From: a virus
IMG/VR virus record: IMGVR_UViG_3300044940_000489
Coordinates: 32,001 to 96,000 of that record
Strand: one strand, 5' to 3'
Length of the DNA: 64,000 bases
A program made the translations under genes and the position numbers. This document shows, piece after piece, positions 7,883 to 17,502 of the stretch. The notes beneath the pieces are model-generated. The model had not been told where the DNA came from and did no database searches. It saw only the letters and a program-made list of their open reading frames with translations. Position 1 is the first letter of the stretch. Every line of letters starts with the position of its first letter.

Positions 7883-10702
7883 TTACGCTGCGCTTGAAGA
7901 CTTGATGCCTTCGATGCTGAGAGTAATTGGAATAAACTTGATCGCGTTAGCGAGTACGGCCACAACTGAAACTTCTAGCACGTTACCGTTAATGTTAACA
8001 TTGATAGATTTCCAGCCGCCTGGGGCATCTTTGGTGCCTACAGTAAACTTAAGCGACAAGAACTCAGCCATTTTTGACTTAACAAATGATACGGCGACTT
8101 GGTCAGTCACGTCAGCCACTGATTCGCCAACGAAAGCATTCTTAAGGCTTTGAGCCAGGCTTAGGGCCATTAGGTCGGCTACGTATACCGCTTGAATGCT
8201 ATTGTATACGATGTTATTGTCCAGGCCGTAAGTGGTTTGGTCCGTAAGGAAAACATACCCGCCAGCTTCTTGGCGCTGGATTGGGATCAATCCTGCCAAA
8301 ATTGCATCTTCACAATCTGTTATGTTTTCATCGTCGAAGTCTCCAGCAGCCTGAATAGCCTTAACGATATTAACCGTCTTGTTGAAGATTGCTTTGTAAG
8401 CACCAGCCGCTTGCATGCCTGCAGCTTTTACTGCGCCCATCCAAGGCTGGAACTGCTCAATATCTCCTTGAGAATTGACATCCGAAACGTCTTGGAAGAA
8501 ATGAGCAATACGGAAGTTGGCCATGCTGGCTGCAGAAGCCTTGGCTACTGCAAATGTACCGCGCTTAGAAACAAAACCCATTCTATGGCGCTTTACTTTA
8601 GGAGTAGACATTGCAATACAGTGAGCCTTAACGGCTGCGTTACAGGCATCTACTGTGTAAGTAGATCCAGCTTCTGTGTCGCCGCTAGCGATGTCTTGAG
8701 CTGCGTCTCTTGAAATAAGGGGCACAACAAAATTGCAGCGGACGCCCTGAAGAGCATCGATAGCTTCTGTAAGCTGAAGCCCAGAGGTAGTGCCCTTGGC
8801 TCCGCCTGACAAGAACGCAAAGTCATTATCTTCAGGAAGGCCAGCCGTAGCGATTTCTTCATACTCAGCTAGTGCAGATGCCTTTGAAGGCGATGCGCTG
8901 GCGCCATTAAGATCCCAAAGGTCGCGCTTTACACGGCCTGGGCGTGCACCCAAATCAGAGCAGATAGTAATCGTCATTTCATCAAGAACAGACGGGCTTC
9001 TAGAAGCCTCAAGAGCGTTGGTCGCTGCTGCAGAATATCCTGGTAGAGCGTTAATTTTGGTGACCAGGTCACTGATTGAAGCAATTTCATCCAAGTTAAT
9101 GTCTTGGTTGGCACCAGCTCCGCCGGTTACAGTAGTTTGAAGGCGCTTGACTCCAGAAACTTTCTGGATTGTCATGGAGGCAGTAGTCCCGTTGTACCCA
9201 ATGCTCAGCACTACGTTTCCGCCGACATTATTGAAGGTCTCTTCCTGGGCTGTAGAGGTACGCTTAAGAACTAGCTTAATACGTCGCTCCGCAGATGAAG
9301 TAAGCAAAGCGCCAATAAATGATGCAGCGCTGTCTACTCCTAATGACTTAAATAGAGTGTTAATGTTAACTGATCCAGCGTTATCCTGAATCTCTAGAGC
9401 TTTGCCCGCACCCTTGATTTGTTTATCATAAATAGAAAGGTCTGTAGCTGCAGCGATAGGCGCTGCGGCCACTGCCACTGGGCTTCCATTGGATAGCCGC
9501 GCAGCCTTAACATAAGCAGACAATGTGGTGTTAGACACTTCTACAATAGAATACCAGCCGACGTTAGCAGATCCAGCGCCCTGGTATGGGGAGCCGGAGG
9601 GGATATACATAATATCGCCAACTCTTGGCTTCTGAGCCCAAAGCGAGCCGCCAGCAAGAGTAGCCGTAAGCTGTGAGCCAGATACGGTAACCGTTAGGTT
9701 TATACCTGTTAGGCCGGTCAATACGTTACGGTTTGTACCGGACATATTGTCGATTCGGATTGATGAATAGCCTACAATATCGTTAGCTGGTGTGCCAGAA
9801 AAAGCAGTAGGGGCTACGTTGGCAGGTGCACCAGAAGTAATTTTCTTTGCAGAAATTTCTGCCAGAGTGGCTGTGTTAGAGACAGCCGTAACCAAGTACC
9901 AGCCGACGTTTTCGTTAGAGCCGCCAGCTACTACTGAGCCAGATGGCACTCTAATGGTATCTCCCACTGCAGGAGAGTTAGCCCAAACGTCTGGGGCAGC
10001 AAGCTTAAACTTTACGTTTTGGCCAGATACTACTGCTACTTCTAACGTGTCTGAAACAGTTAGACCGGCAGTAATGTTGCGGTTAACTCCGCCAACAGCA
10101 TTCAAATTTGACAGACCCACAACCGCAGAAGCAAAAGCTGATGGGGCGGTATCTGCTGAAATGGCAAGCGTTTGCTTAGATCCGCCATTTACGCGCACAG
10201 CCATGGAAGCAGCCGATGCAGATGGCACGTAAGAGAATGTTCCAGTAGTCGGAGCAGCTTCAGCCTGTGAGCTTGTAATCTCCTGCTGAATCTCGTTTCC
10301 GAGCTTGCCGCCTCGCTTAGCGATGAAGGTACCGTGTCCGTCTGCTGTATCTCTCTCGGCCTTGGCTGAGCTGTTGGTTTTTACCAAGATGACTCGCTGA
10401 GCCGATCCCTGAATTCTTGGGGAGGCCGATGGGGCAGACAGGCCTCTAAAGGCATCTACCAATCTTCCTGAACCATATTTTGCTACTACGCGGTTGATAT
10501 CAGTAGGTGAAAATGCGTTATCTGAAAGCTTTTTCCCGTCTGTTTTATCTTGACTCCAAGAAGGCCCCTCGTCAGCCTCACCGACCAGAGCCACTACACC
10601 AGAAGTAGCTAGACCAGCGGGGTTGGTTTCAACAATAATATCAACACTGCTGTCAGGGATAATAAGCTGTGTCCCTGAAGAAGTAACGAATACTGATGCC
10701 AT
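7883..10702 (-). CDS. contractile tail sheath protein
   Basis: N-terminal GVVALVGEADEGP and YGSGRLVDA, FLSGGAKG, conserved sheath C-terminus ending IKFIPITL; large beta-rich insertion. Confidence 0.88.
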   Translation of the reverse strand: MASVFVTSSGTQLIIPDSSVDIIVETNPAGLATSGVVALVGEADEGPSWSQDKTDGKKLSDNAFSPTDINRVVAKYGSGRLVDAFRGLSAPSASPRIQGSAQRVILVKTNSSAKAERDTADGHGTFIAKRGGKLGNEIQQEITSSQAEAAPTTGTFSYVPSASAASMAVRVNGGSKQTLAISADTAPSAFASAVVGLSNLNAVGGVNRNITAGLTVSDTLEVAVVSGQNVKFKLAAPDVWANSPAVGDTIRVPSGSVVAGGSNENVGWYLVTAVSNTATLAEISAKKITSGAPANVAPTAFSGTPANDIVGYSSIRIDNMSGTNRNVLTGLTGINLTVTVSGSQLTATLAGGSLWAQKPRVGDIMYIPSGSPYQGAGSANVGWYSIVEVSNTTLSAYVKAARLSNGSPVAVAAAPIAAATDLSIYDKQIKGAGKALEIQDNAGSVNINTLFKSLGVDSAASFIGALLTSSAERRIKLVLKRTSTAQEETFNNVGGNVVLSIGYNGTTASMTIQKVSGVKRLQTTVTGGAGANQDINLDEIASISDLVTKINALPGYSAAATNALEASRSPSVLDEMTITICSDLGARPGRVKRDLWDLNGASASPSKASALAEYEEIATAGLPEDNDFAFLSGGAKGTTSGLQLTEAIDALQGVRCNFVVPLISRDAAQDIASGDTEAGSTYTVDACNAAVKAHCIAMSTPKVKRHRMGFVSKRGTFAVAKASAASMANFRIAHFFQDVSDVNSQGDIEQFQPWMGAVKAAGMQAAGAYKAIFNKTVNIVKAIQAAGDFDDENITDCEDAILAGLIPIQRQEAGGYVFLTDQTTYGLDNNIVYNSIQAVYVADLMALSLAQSLKNAFVGESVADVTDQVAVSFVKSKMAEFLSLKFTVGTKDAPGGWKSINVNINGNVLEVSVVAVLANAIKFIPITLSIEGIKSSSAA

Positions 10703-10728
10703 TATGCGCTCCTATAAACTAAAAAAAC

Positions 10729-10753
10729 ATTAAGTTAATACTGTAACTATTTG
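10729..10753 (-). promoter_or_regulatory. putative late promoter (sheath/tube operon)
   Basis: CAAATAG-TTA-N7-AACTTAAT, 27 nt upstream of the sheath ATG. Confidence 0.7.
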
Positions 10754-10764
10754 AAAACACTCAA

Positions 10765-11031
10765 TTAATCTTCGACCGGTATGCCAAAATTTTTAATTCC
10801 GTGAATCCACATCTCAGGCTGATCCAGCCATCCATTTGCCTGCAAATGCGCTTTGCATGCAATTAGATGAATGTCACGACCGTTTTTTACTACCGCAGAC
10901 CAGCAAGCTTCAAAATTAGGCCACTGCTGAACAGGGGCTCGATTTTGAACTTCAATAGGAGACGTAGGAATCACTTCCTTTTCGAGTGGGGTACTGATCT
11001 GAATACTATCTCGTCTCTTTTTCCTGCTCAT
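10765..11031 (-). CDS. hypothetical protein
   Basis: 88 aa ORF at the end of a minus-strand operon. Confidence 0.6.
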   Translation of the reverse strand: MSRKKRRDSIQISTPLEKEVIPTSPIEVQNRAPVQQWPNFEACWSAVVKNGRDIHLIACKAHLQANGWLDQPEMWIHGIKNFGIPVED

Positions 11032-11041
11032 ATTATTATCC

Positions 11042-11566
11042 TTACTTTTTATTATGAGGGCTTCTGCGCTGAGACGGGTCCTTAAGGGTTCTTAGGTGTT
11101 CCATCATTTCTTTGGCTTCTTTGGCTGGCATTTTTTGGGCGTGCTCTCTAATAGAGTCCCCGTGCTCGGCTATTTCATGAGCTGCATGCTCAGGTGTGCC
11201 CGGCTTATGAGGCTTGTCGTCCTTTTTAAGGCCCCAAGATTTCTTCATAGCACAGCTCTTAACATATTTAAGAAACTTAGTGCCTGTTTCCGATTTCCAG
11301 CATTTTCCCATCTCTTCCGACAATTTAAGGTTCGGTGACTTAGGGGCCTCCGGTGCCTTAATTTTGGGCGCTCTTTTGGGGGGTGCGGCAGGAGCAATAC
11401 TCAGCCCCTTATCATGGGCCTTATCTAGCAGTGTCCCGGGGAGCTTAGTCTTGGGATCGGCTTTTTTAAGGACATCAATCGCCGCATCGATCTTTTCTGA
11501 AAGCTCTTTCTTCTTAAGCGCCACTATTGCGCCACTAACTTTTTGATAGAAACTCATTTTTTTCAT
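11042..11566 (-). CDS. basic putative internal head protein
   Basis: K-rich, with several LxK[SA]-type motifs (LKKAD, WKSE, MKKS); coupled to the upstream gene. Confidence 0.55.
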   Translation of the reverse strand: MKKMSFYQKVSGAIVALKKKELSEKIDAAIDVLKKADPKTKLPGTLLDKAHDKGLSIAPAAPPKRAPKIKAPEAPKSPNLKLSEEMGKCWKSETGTKFLKYVKSCAMKKSWGLKKDDKPHKPGTPEHAAHEIAEHGDSIREHAQKMPAKEAKEMMEHLRTLKDPSQRRSPHNKK

Positions 11567-14500
11567 TATGCCCTCTTAATCTGCTTTAATTTACTCATTA
11601 GATTGCCTAGTACTTTTTTATTAGAGTCATCTGAATTCAAAATAGTAGGACCACTGATTTTCATTGGCTCACTAATGGTAGTTCTATTAACCTCAACTGG
11701 GCCAGAAACTATCCTGGGGCCAATAGCCGCTTTCTGTACTTTAGGTGCAGACTGTTTGGACTGAAAAGGGGTCTGCATTTTGCCGCTCAGATCTGGGTCA
11801 AAAAGCTTTTGCTGACCTGGCTGCGGACTTACAGGCCCGGACGGAGCTGCCGTTGATACTGGTGGCTTGGGTGCGAATTGCTTCTTGGCATGAAATTCCT
11901 TAAGAGCTGCATCCTTTTTAGCCTGCTTCTCAGCTCGCATCTGATGCATCATTTCCTTAAGATATTTATTTTTATTAAGATCTTCACTTTTTTGTGCCTT
12001 TGTCTTCTTGTTTAAAAAACTAAGGATCTTGGCAGCCCTCTTCTTCTGTTGATCTTGTGAAATAGCAATTGGGCCTTTTTTATCATAATTTAAAATTGGA
12101 TCTTTGGTTTTAATATCATCACCGACAGGGTGTCCAAAATGGTCATAGGAGGGGTCGTGATGAACAGAGGAATCCGTACCGCTATCGTGAATAACGACTT
12201 TAGCAAGGGTTTTGTTTTTTATAAAGTTTTTTAAAATTTGAGATTTTTTCAAATTTTCCCCAATCTTCTCGCTTGATGCGAGCTTTTTCGATTGCTCTTG
12301 TTTATATTTAATATAACTTGGGTTTGCTGCTATAGCTGAACGAACGAGCGAATAATCATCATTTACAAGTCTTTCGTAGTGCCTTGGATCTAGATTTGGA
12401 TTTTCTGCTATAGCTGAACGGACGGACCAATCCTCATCATTTACAAGTCTTTCGTGGTGCCTTGGATCTAGATTTGGGTTTTTTGCTATAGCGAAACGAA
12501 CGGACCGCTTCTCATCATTTACAAGTCTTTCGTAGTGCCTTGGATCTAGATTTGGATTTTTTGCTATAGCTCTACGAACATCCCCATCCTCATCATTTAC
12601 AAGTTTTTCGTGGTGCCTTAGATCTAGATTTGGGTTTTCTGCTATAGCTCTACGAACCTCCCTATCCTCATCATTTACAAGTTTTTCGTAGTGCCTTGGA
12701 TCTAGATTTGGATTTTCTGCTATCGCTGAACGGACGGACCAATGCTCATCATTTACAAGTCTTTCGTAGTGCCTTGGATCTAGGTTTGGGTTTGCTGCTA
12801 TAGCTCTACGAACATCCCCATCCTCATCATTTACAAGTTTTTCGTGGTGACTTGGATCTAGGTTTGGGTTTGCTGCTATGGTTCTACGGACGAGCGAATT
12901 ATCATCATTTACAAGTCTTTCGTAGTGCCTTGGATCTAGATTTGGATTTTTTGCTATAGCTGAACGGACGTACCAATCCTCATCATTTACAAGTCTTTCG
13001 TAATGTCTTGGATCTAGATTTGGGTTTTTTGCTATAGCTCTACGGACGTACGAAACATCATCATTTACAAGTCTTTCGTGATGTCTTGGATCTAGATTTG
13101 GTTTTTCTGCTATAGCTGAACGAACGAGCGTATCATAATCATTTGCAAGTCTTTCGTAGTGCCTTGGATCTAGGTTTGGTTTTTCTGCTATAGCTGAACG
13201 AACGAGCGTATCATAATCATTTGCAAGTCTTTCGTAGTGCCTTGGATCTAGGTTTGGGTTTGCTGCTATAGCTCTACGAACTTCCATATCCTCATCATTT
13301 ACAAGTCTTTCGTGATGTCTTGGATCTAGGTTTGGATTTTTTGCTATAGCTAAACGAACATCTTTATGCTTTTCAGGCAATTTAACGCTTCCAGACAAGA
13401 TTTTTTCTATTCCCTCATTGTCCAAAACAACTAAACCAGGATTGGCCAGCTTGACCTCTTTTTGCAATTTTGGCGATAAATCGTTAAAATCAAAGTTCTT
13501 TTCAGATTCGTAGCCCCCGCCAATAACGCCTTTAATCCTTTTATCTTTTAGTAGATTGGCGATATCCTGGTGATATTCTTTTGCTGGCTTGTCGTTTCCT
13601 CTGCCCTTCATTTCTCCTAAAAAACCATTATTTGAAATAAAAGTCAAATGCGGTTCATGGTAGATTTTATCCCCAACCTTGTGCTCTGTTCTTAAAGATA
13701 GGATTTTATCCCCTTTGGTCTTAGATGGAACATTTCCGCAATGTCCCATTGCTTTGCCTTCATTCTCGCAAGCACCAACACCTAATCCAAACCAGTGTCT
13801 GTTGGGTTTAGTGCCTTGAACCACTTTTTGGGTTTTTGATGAGGGGCTGACAAGGTTTTTATTTTGTTTAATCCTTTCGTTATACGTGCTGTATGCATCT
13901 TGAAAGATTTTTCTTCCAGAATTCAAATCATGCTCTTTATCAAATCTGACTTTAGCCACCTCTGGGATATGAGTAGAACCCCCAAAGTGCTCCAATTCTT
14001 GCTTCACTTCTTTAGTAAAATCGCCGGGATTATTTCTATAATGCCTAGCGGCCCAAATCTGCCAGTTTTGATTTGGTAGGGCTTTTGAAGCCCAATCCGC
14101 GAATTCATGATGATGGGGTTCTGGCTGAGTACCCATCATTTGAAGAATATCTTTTTTACCCTTCTCTAATGGTTCAAAATTTGTTTTTAAGTTTTTTTCA
14201 ATCTTTTCAGGCAAATTCTTGCCCTTAGACTCTTTGTTCCAATGCTCTACAGCTTTTTTGCCGCCCAAAGCCTTCGTCCCGGCAGATGTATTTGCCCATC
14301 TTCTTTGTGCTTCCGAAGAATAAGGCTTCATTAGTGGCTTGTGCTTTTCGCCAGAAATATCCGATTCAGGAAGTCTTGGTTTTGACCCTAGAGATTTTAG
14401 AATTTTACTGGCACTTACTTTTGCGCACGACCCCTTTGAGTACGGCTTTTTGCCTGGAACTGGCGCATAACCCTCCCAGCATCTTTTGTTAAGTCCCTCT

Positions 14501-15255
14501 GACTTACTGCATTTCCAGCGCTTTAGGGCTGCACCTTTTGGGGTAAGCTTGCCATCTTTTGAAGTTGGCCCCTTTACTCCTGACATTCTTGCACAGAAGC
14601 TCTTTCTTCTTTTTGCTGCCTTGCTTCCCGGTTTTACTTTGCCAGTTACTGGACGCTTGAGATTAGAGCCTGTTTCGCGATTATATTTTTTTCTATAGGA
14701 ATCCTTCAGGCCGCCAGACTTAGAGTGCTTATTCTCGTTGTATCCGTGGAATGGCTTTTCTTCTTTTGCAAGGTCAGACTCTTCAAAGTCTGCCATTTCA
14801 ACTTTAATAAACTCTTCGATAGTGTCATTGGATATATCTGATCCCCACAGAAGATCTGCGGTGCCATCTGCGTGCTTTACTAAGACAATCTCATCTGACT
14901 GCGGCATCTCGCTTTTAGGCAGCGGCAGGGGTCTCTGCCTCTTAAGAGCCTCTAAAACCTTTCTAGCTTTTACTTTTGCTATCTCAGCATGTTGCTTGGG
15001 CTCAAGTACTCTGGCATACCCATGTGATATAACGCCAGTCTGGCTGGGGTCAGCTCTTCTGGCTTCTATTCCGATGTCTGAAACACCTGGCCTAACTGTG
15101 CTGACCATTCGCGAGACGGGATCTGGTTGAGAAAACTTTTCTCGCTCTGATCTCAGCTGCCTTTTTGATTGTGGCGACAGCCCCTCATCCTCTCTGGCCT
15201 TAGAGAGTGCTTCAAGTAAGTGCTTTAATTTGTTATTAAAGTCTTTTAATTTCAT
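11566..15255 (-). CDS. multi-domain putative virion protein (DUF6321-like RRKSFCARM module, CWxGY motif, PcfJ-like domain, 13 HEAT/LRV-like repeats)
   Basis: 1229 aa; motifs RRKSFCARMSG, RCWEGY, EGKAMGHCG..ILSLR..EMKGRGN and a 26-aa repeat array; LxKS linkers between modules. Confidence 0.7.
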   Translation of the reverse strand: MKLKDFNNKLKHLLEALSKAREDEGLSPQSKRQLRSEREKFSQPDPVSRMVSTVRPGVSDIGIEARRADPSQTGVISHGYARVLEPKQHAEIAKVKARKVLEALKRQRPLPLPKSEMPQSDEIVLVKHADGTADLLWGSDISNDTIEEFIKVEMADFEESDLAKEEKPFHGYNENKHSKSGGLKDSYRKKYNRETGSNLKRPVTGKVKPGSKAAKRRKSFCARMSGVKGPTSKDGKLTPKGAALKRWKCSKSEGLNKRCWEGYAPVPGKKPYSKGSCAKVSASKILKSLGSKPRLPESDISGEKHKPLMKPYSSEAQRRWANTSAGTKALGGKKAVEHWNKESKGKNLPEKIEKNLKTNFEPLEKGKKDILQMMGTQPEPHHHEFADWASKALPNQNWQIWAARHYRNNPGDFTKEVKQELEHFGGSTHIPEVAKVRFDKEHDLNSGRKIFQDAYSTYNERIKQNKNLVSPSSKTQKVVQGTKPNRHWFGLGVGACENEGKAMGHCGNVPSKTKGDKILSLRTEHKVGDKIYHEPHLTFISNNGFLGEMKGRGNDKPAKEYHQDIANLLKDKRIKGVIGGGYESEKNFDFNDLSPKLQKEVKLANPGLVVLDNEGIEKILSGSVKLPEKHKDVRLAIAKNPNLDPRHHERLVNDEDMEVRRAIAANPNLDPRHYERLANDYDTLVRSAIAEKPNLDPRHYERLANDYDTLVRSAIAEKPNLDPRHHERLVNDDVSYVRRAIAKNPNLDPRHYERLVNDEDWYVRSAIAKNPNLDPRHYERLVNDDNSLVRRTIAANPNLDPSHHEKLVNDEDGDVRRAIAANPNLDPRHYERLVNDEHWSVRSAIAENPNLDPRHYEKLVNDEDREVRRAIAENPNLDLRHHEKLVNDEDGDVRRAIAKNPNLDPRHYERLVNDEKRSVRFAIAKNPNLDPRHHERLVNDEDWSVRSAIAENPNLDPRHYERLVNDDYSLVRSAIAANPSYIKYKQEQSKKLASSEKIGENLKKSQILKNFIKNKTLAKVVIHDSGTDSSVHHDPSYDHFGHPVGDDIKTKDPILNYDKKGPIAISQDQQKKRAAKILSFLNKKTKAQKSEDLNKNKYLKEMMHQMRAEKQAKKDAALKEFHAKKQFAPKPPVSTAAPSGPVSPQPGQQKLFDPDLSGKMQTPFQSKQSAPKVQKAAIGPRIVSGPVEVNRTTISEPMKISGPTILNSDDSNKKVLGNLMSKLKQIKRA
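12317..13365 (-). repeat. 78-bp tandem repeat (13 full units plus one partial) encoding xxVRxAIAxNPNLDPRH(H/Y)E(R/K)LVNDxx
   Basis: Directly visible in both DNA and protein. Confidence 0.95.
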
Positions 15256-15650
15256 TTTTCCCAGTCGCCATTATGGAAATGATTCAAAATATCTCGAACC
15301 GCTTCTCTAATATTTGCGTACAGCTTATGTGACTTGCCTTTATGGCTTCCGTCGTGCCCATGCACAGCAACAGTGATGTGCGGTTCGCCTTGGGCCAGTC
15401 TTTGCATATTAACACACATTTTATAGTGAGGCTGCCCTTCTTTGCCAGTTCCAATTACATGAGTAATATAGCCCGGCGCCCCGAGGTATTGCCCCACATG
15501 CTTAAGAGAGTCCTGCTCTTGTGGGGCAAGCGGCTCGGCCTTGGTAACTTTTGCCTTCGGCTTGTTCATCTGCCTAACCAAAAGGATGGCCTGCGTCAAG
15601 TCCTTGACTTTTCTTAGCTTTTCCATGATTTGGGTTTTGAGATCAGACAT
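15252..15650 (-). CDS. hypothetical late protein
   Basis: 132 aa; first gene after a late-promoter motif; ATGA overlap with the next gene. Confidence 0.65.
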   Translation of the reverse strand: MSDLKTQIMEKLRKVKDLTQAILLVRQMNKPKAKVTKAEPLAPQEQDSLKHVGQYLGAPGYITHVIGTGKEGQPHYKMCVNMQRLAQGEPHITVAVHGHDGSHKGKSHKLYANIREAVRDILNHFHNGDWEK

Positions 15651-15660
15651 ACATTCTTAT

Positions 15661-15685
15661 ATTAAGTTAGCGACTTAAAGTACTG
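15661..15685 (-). promoter_or_regulatory. putative late promoter
   Basis: CAGTACT-TTA-N7-AACTTAAT, 11 nt upstream of ATG 15650. Confidence 0.65.
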
Positions 15686-15688
15686 TTT

Positions 15689-16729
15689 TTACTCATTATT
15701 TTCGTCGTCTTCAGTGTCGTATTCTTTGTCGGCTTCCATCTTCCAGCCCTGCTTTTTTACCTGATCGTAATAAGCTCCGGGCGGAGTCTTTGTGGCGGCA
15801 ATTACGGATGAGCTAGTAACAGATTGATCTACATTAGCATCGATCAGTAGTTCTGGGGATATGCCTTCAATTGCCGCGCTAGTTGACTCAATAAATGTAT
15901 GCTGCACTCGACCTCTTACGTTTAGGTCGCGGGCAAATAATAAGTTTGTGTCGTCTGATGGGTTCGGAATATATACTGGAGAATACGAATAGGTCCCGAT
16001 CTCGAAGTTTCTGGCTTCAAATAGGGTTTTCTTATACCTTCCAAAAATATAAAGGCATAGGGAGTAAAGGAACATAAGCTCGTTTGGTTCAGTGCTGATG
16101 CATGTAATTGTGTAATCTTCGTAAAACCATATGGATTTTTTATTATGCCTTACTATGTCTCTAGTCGGCCTAATAGTCATATTAGTAAAATCCGCTTTAA
16201 GATCCGTGTCTATTAGTAGTGTATGCTTATTTAGGACTATTTGAATTTCGTATGCCTGTTTATTAACTTCATCGTAAACGAACTGCCCCTCAAAAACTTT
16301 ATCAAGGGATACGTCATCTGGAAAAACTAGTTCGCCCGTTGCTGGATCGTAAGATTCTGGTGTCACTGGACCCAGAATAATATTAGGGCTAGGATATGCA
16401 CCGCCCAAAGTAGCTGGATCTACGGATTCAAAGTGGTCTGAATCACCTAGCCCCTGCTTCTGGGGGTCCTCGCTGCCTCCGCCAATTTTAATAACGATAG
16501 CGGGAAGCTTCGAGAGATCTGGCAGCCTAGTTTCCATTACTATATTGATTTGTTTTTTGGCAAGAAAATCTTTGAATCTATCAATCTGCTGCTTACCCCA
16601 GCTATCTTTTAAGTACCTATCTTCCATAAATTGGCACATGATATCATCAATAAGATATGGATTGCGGCGAATATCGGCCAGGCCAATTCTAATGGCAGTC
16701 AAAATGATGGTATCTGTTGCGGCTATCAT
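15689..16729 (-). CDS. putative tail terminator / neck protein
   Basis: Position between head and tail genes; LPAIVIKIGGGSED resembles tail-completion proteins. Confidence 0.5.
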   Translation of the reverse strand: MIAATDTIILTAIRIGLADIRRNPYLIDDIMCQFMEDRYLKDSWGKQQIDRFKDFLAKKQINIVMETRLPDLSKLPAIVIKIGGGSEDPQKQGLGDSDHFESVDPATLGGAYPSPNIILGPVTPESYDPATGELVFPDDVSLDKVFEGQFVYDEVNKQAYEIQIVLNKHTLLIDTDLKADFTNMTIRPTRDIVRHNKKSIWFYEDYTITCISTEPNELMFLYSLCLYIFGRYKKTLFEARNFEIGTYSYSPVYIPNPSDDTNLLFARDLNVRGRVQHTFIESTSAAIEGISPELLIDANVDQSVTSSSVIAATKTPPGAYYDQVKKQGWKMEADKEYDTEDDENNE

Positions 16730-17496
16730 TTCAAAATATCCTTAATCATTTCGGACCACATTTTATCGACTTCATCGGAAACTTCATCGAAAATTTTAGC
16801 GCCATCATAGCCCTTGGTTTCCCAAAGCCCTGATCCCTTGTGCTTGGAAGAGATTGTTCTGAATGTAAAAATATCCCTCTTAATCTTAGTCTTGCCAGAT
16901 GCCGTTTTGACTTCGCGCTGGTATATAGTTAAGCCTGCCAATAGTGGCTTGTTGAACTTGCTGATAGGCTGGTTTTTATCGTCTATCTTCACTGTAGCAA
17001 CTTTTCCAAGCTTTGGTTTTCCAGCTCCGTCTGTAATAATCTTATCGAGACCCTGCTTTTTGATTTGAGATTTTGCGTAATTTGCAATCCTAACTTGGAC
17101 AGCAGACATATCTGACTTGGGCTTGCTATGTTCAAATGGAATGGTCTTGTATTCAGAGCCGTCCTTTGCTTTTTTGGGGGGCTTACCATTGTTTAGAATT
17201 CGTTCTACCATACTGCCAGCAGGGTAGCCCTCTTCAATCCAGCCTGCGTCTTTTTTTAAGGACACTGACCATATTTCTTGGTCCTCGCCGCTATATATCT
17301 TATCGACGCTTAGGTTTTCAAGGTATTTTTTGCGAGTGGCGTTTAGCTTAGATTGGGCCTTCTGAAGTATTAGCGCGTGCGTTTGAATCGCGAGAAGCTG
17401 CACACCCTCTCGAGCACGCTTAACGGCCTCATCTGTCAGTTTTTTGACATCCTGGCCGATTTCTGCTAAAGCTTCTTCAACGGAATAGGATTTCAT
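16726..17496 (-). CDS. putative neck / tail completion protein (HK97 gp10-like)
   Basis: WIEEG, YKTIPF and FRTISSK...W motifs seen in myovirus virion completion proteins; gene position. Confidence 0.5.
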   Translation of the reverse strand: MKSYSVEEALAEIGQDVKKLTDEAVKRAREGVQLLAIQTHALILQKAQSKLNATRKKYLENLSVDKIYSGEDQEIWSVSLKKDAGWIEEGYPAGSMVERILNNGKPPKKAKDGSEYKTIPFEHSKPKSDMSAVQVRIANYAKSQIKKQGLDKIITDGAGKPKLGKVATVKIDDKNQPISKFNKPLLAGLTIYQREVKTASGKTKIKRDIFTFRTISSKHKGSGLWETKGYDGAKIFDEVSDEVDKMWSEMIKDILK

Positions 17497-17502
17497 GATG
17501 TC

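Noticed and set aside
7902-10232. Several + strand ORFs within the sheath gene (and similar ones such as 4427-4825, 40578-41204 and 37393-37968)
   Set aside because: Antisense shadows of long genes, with no RBS or recognisable motifs
12317-13365. Diversity-generating retroelement target
   Set aside because: No reverse transcriptase or separate template repeat in the window, and the differences do not appear adenine-restricted
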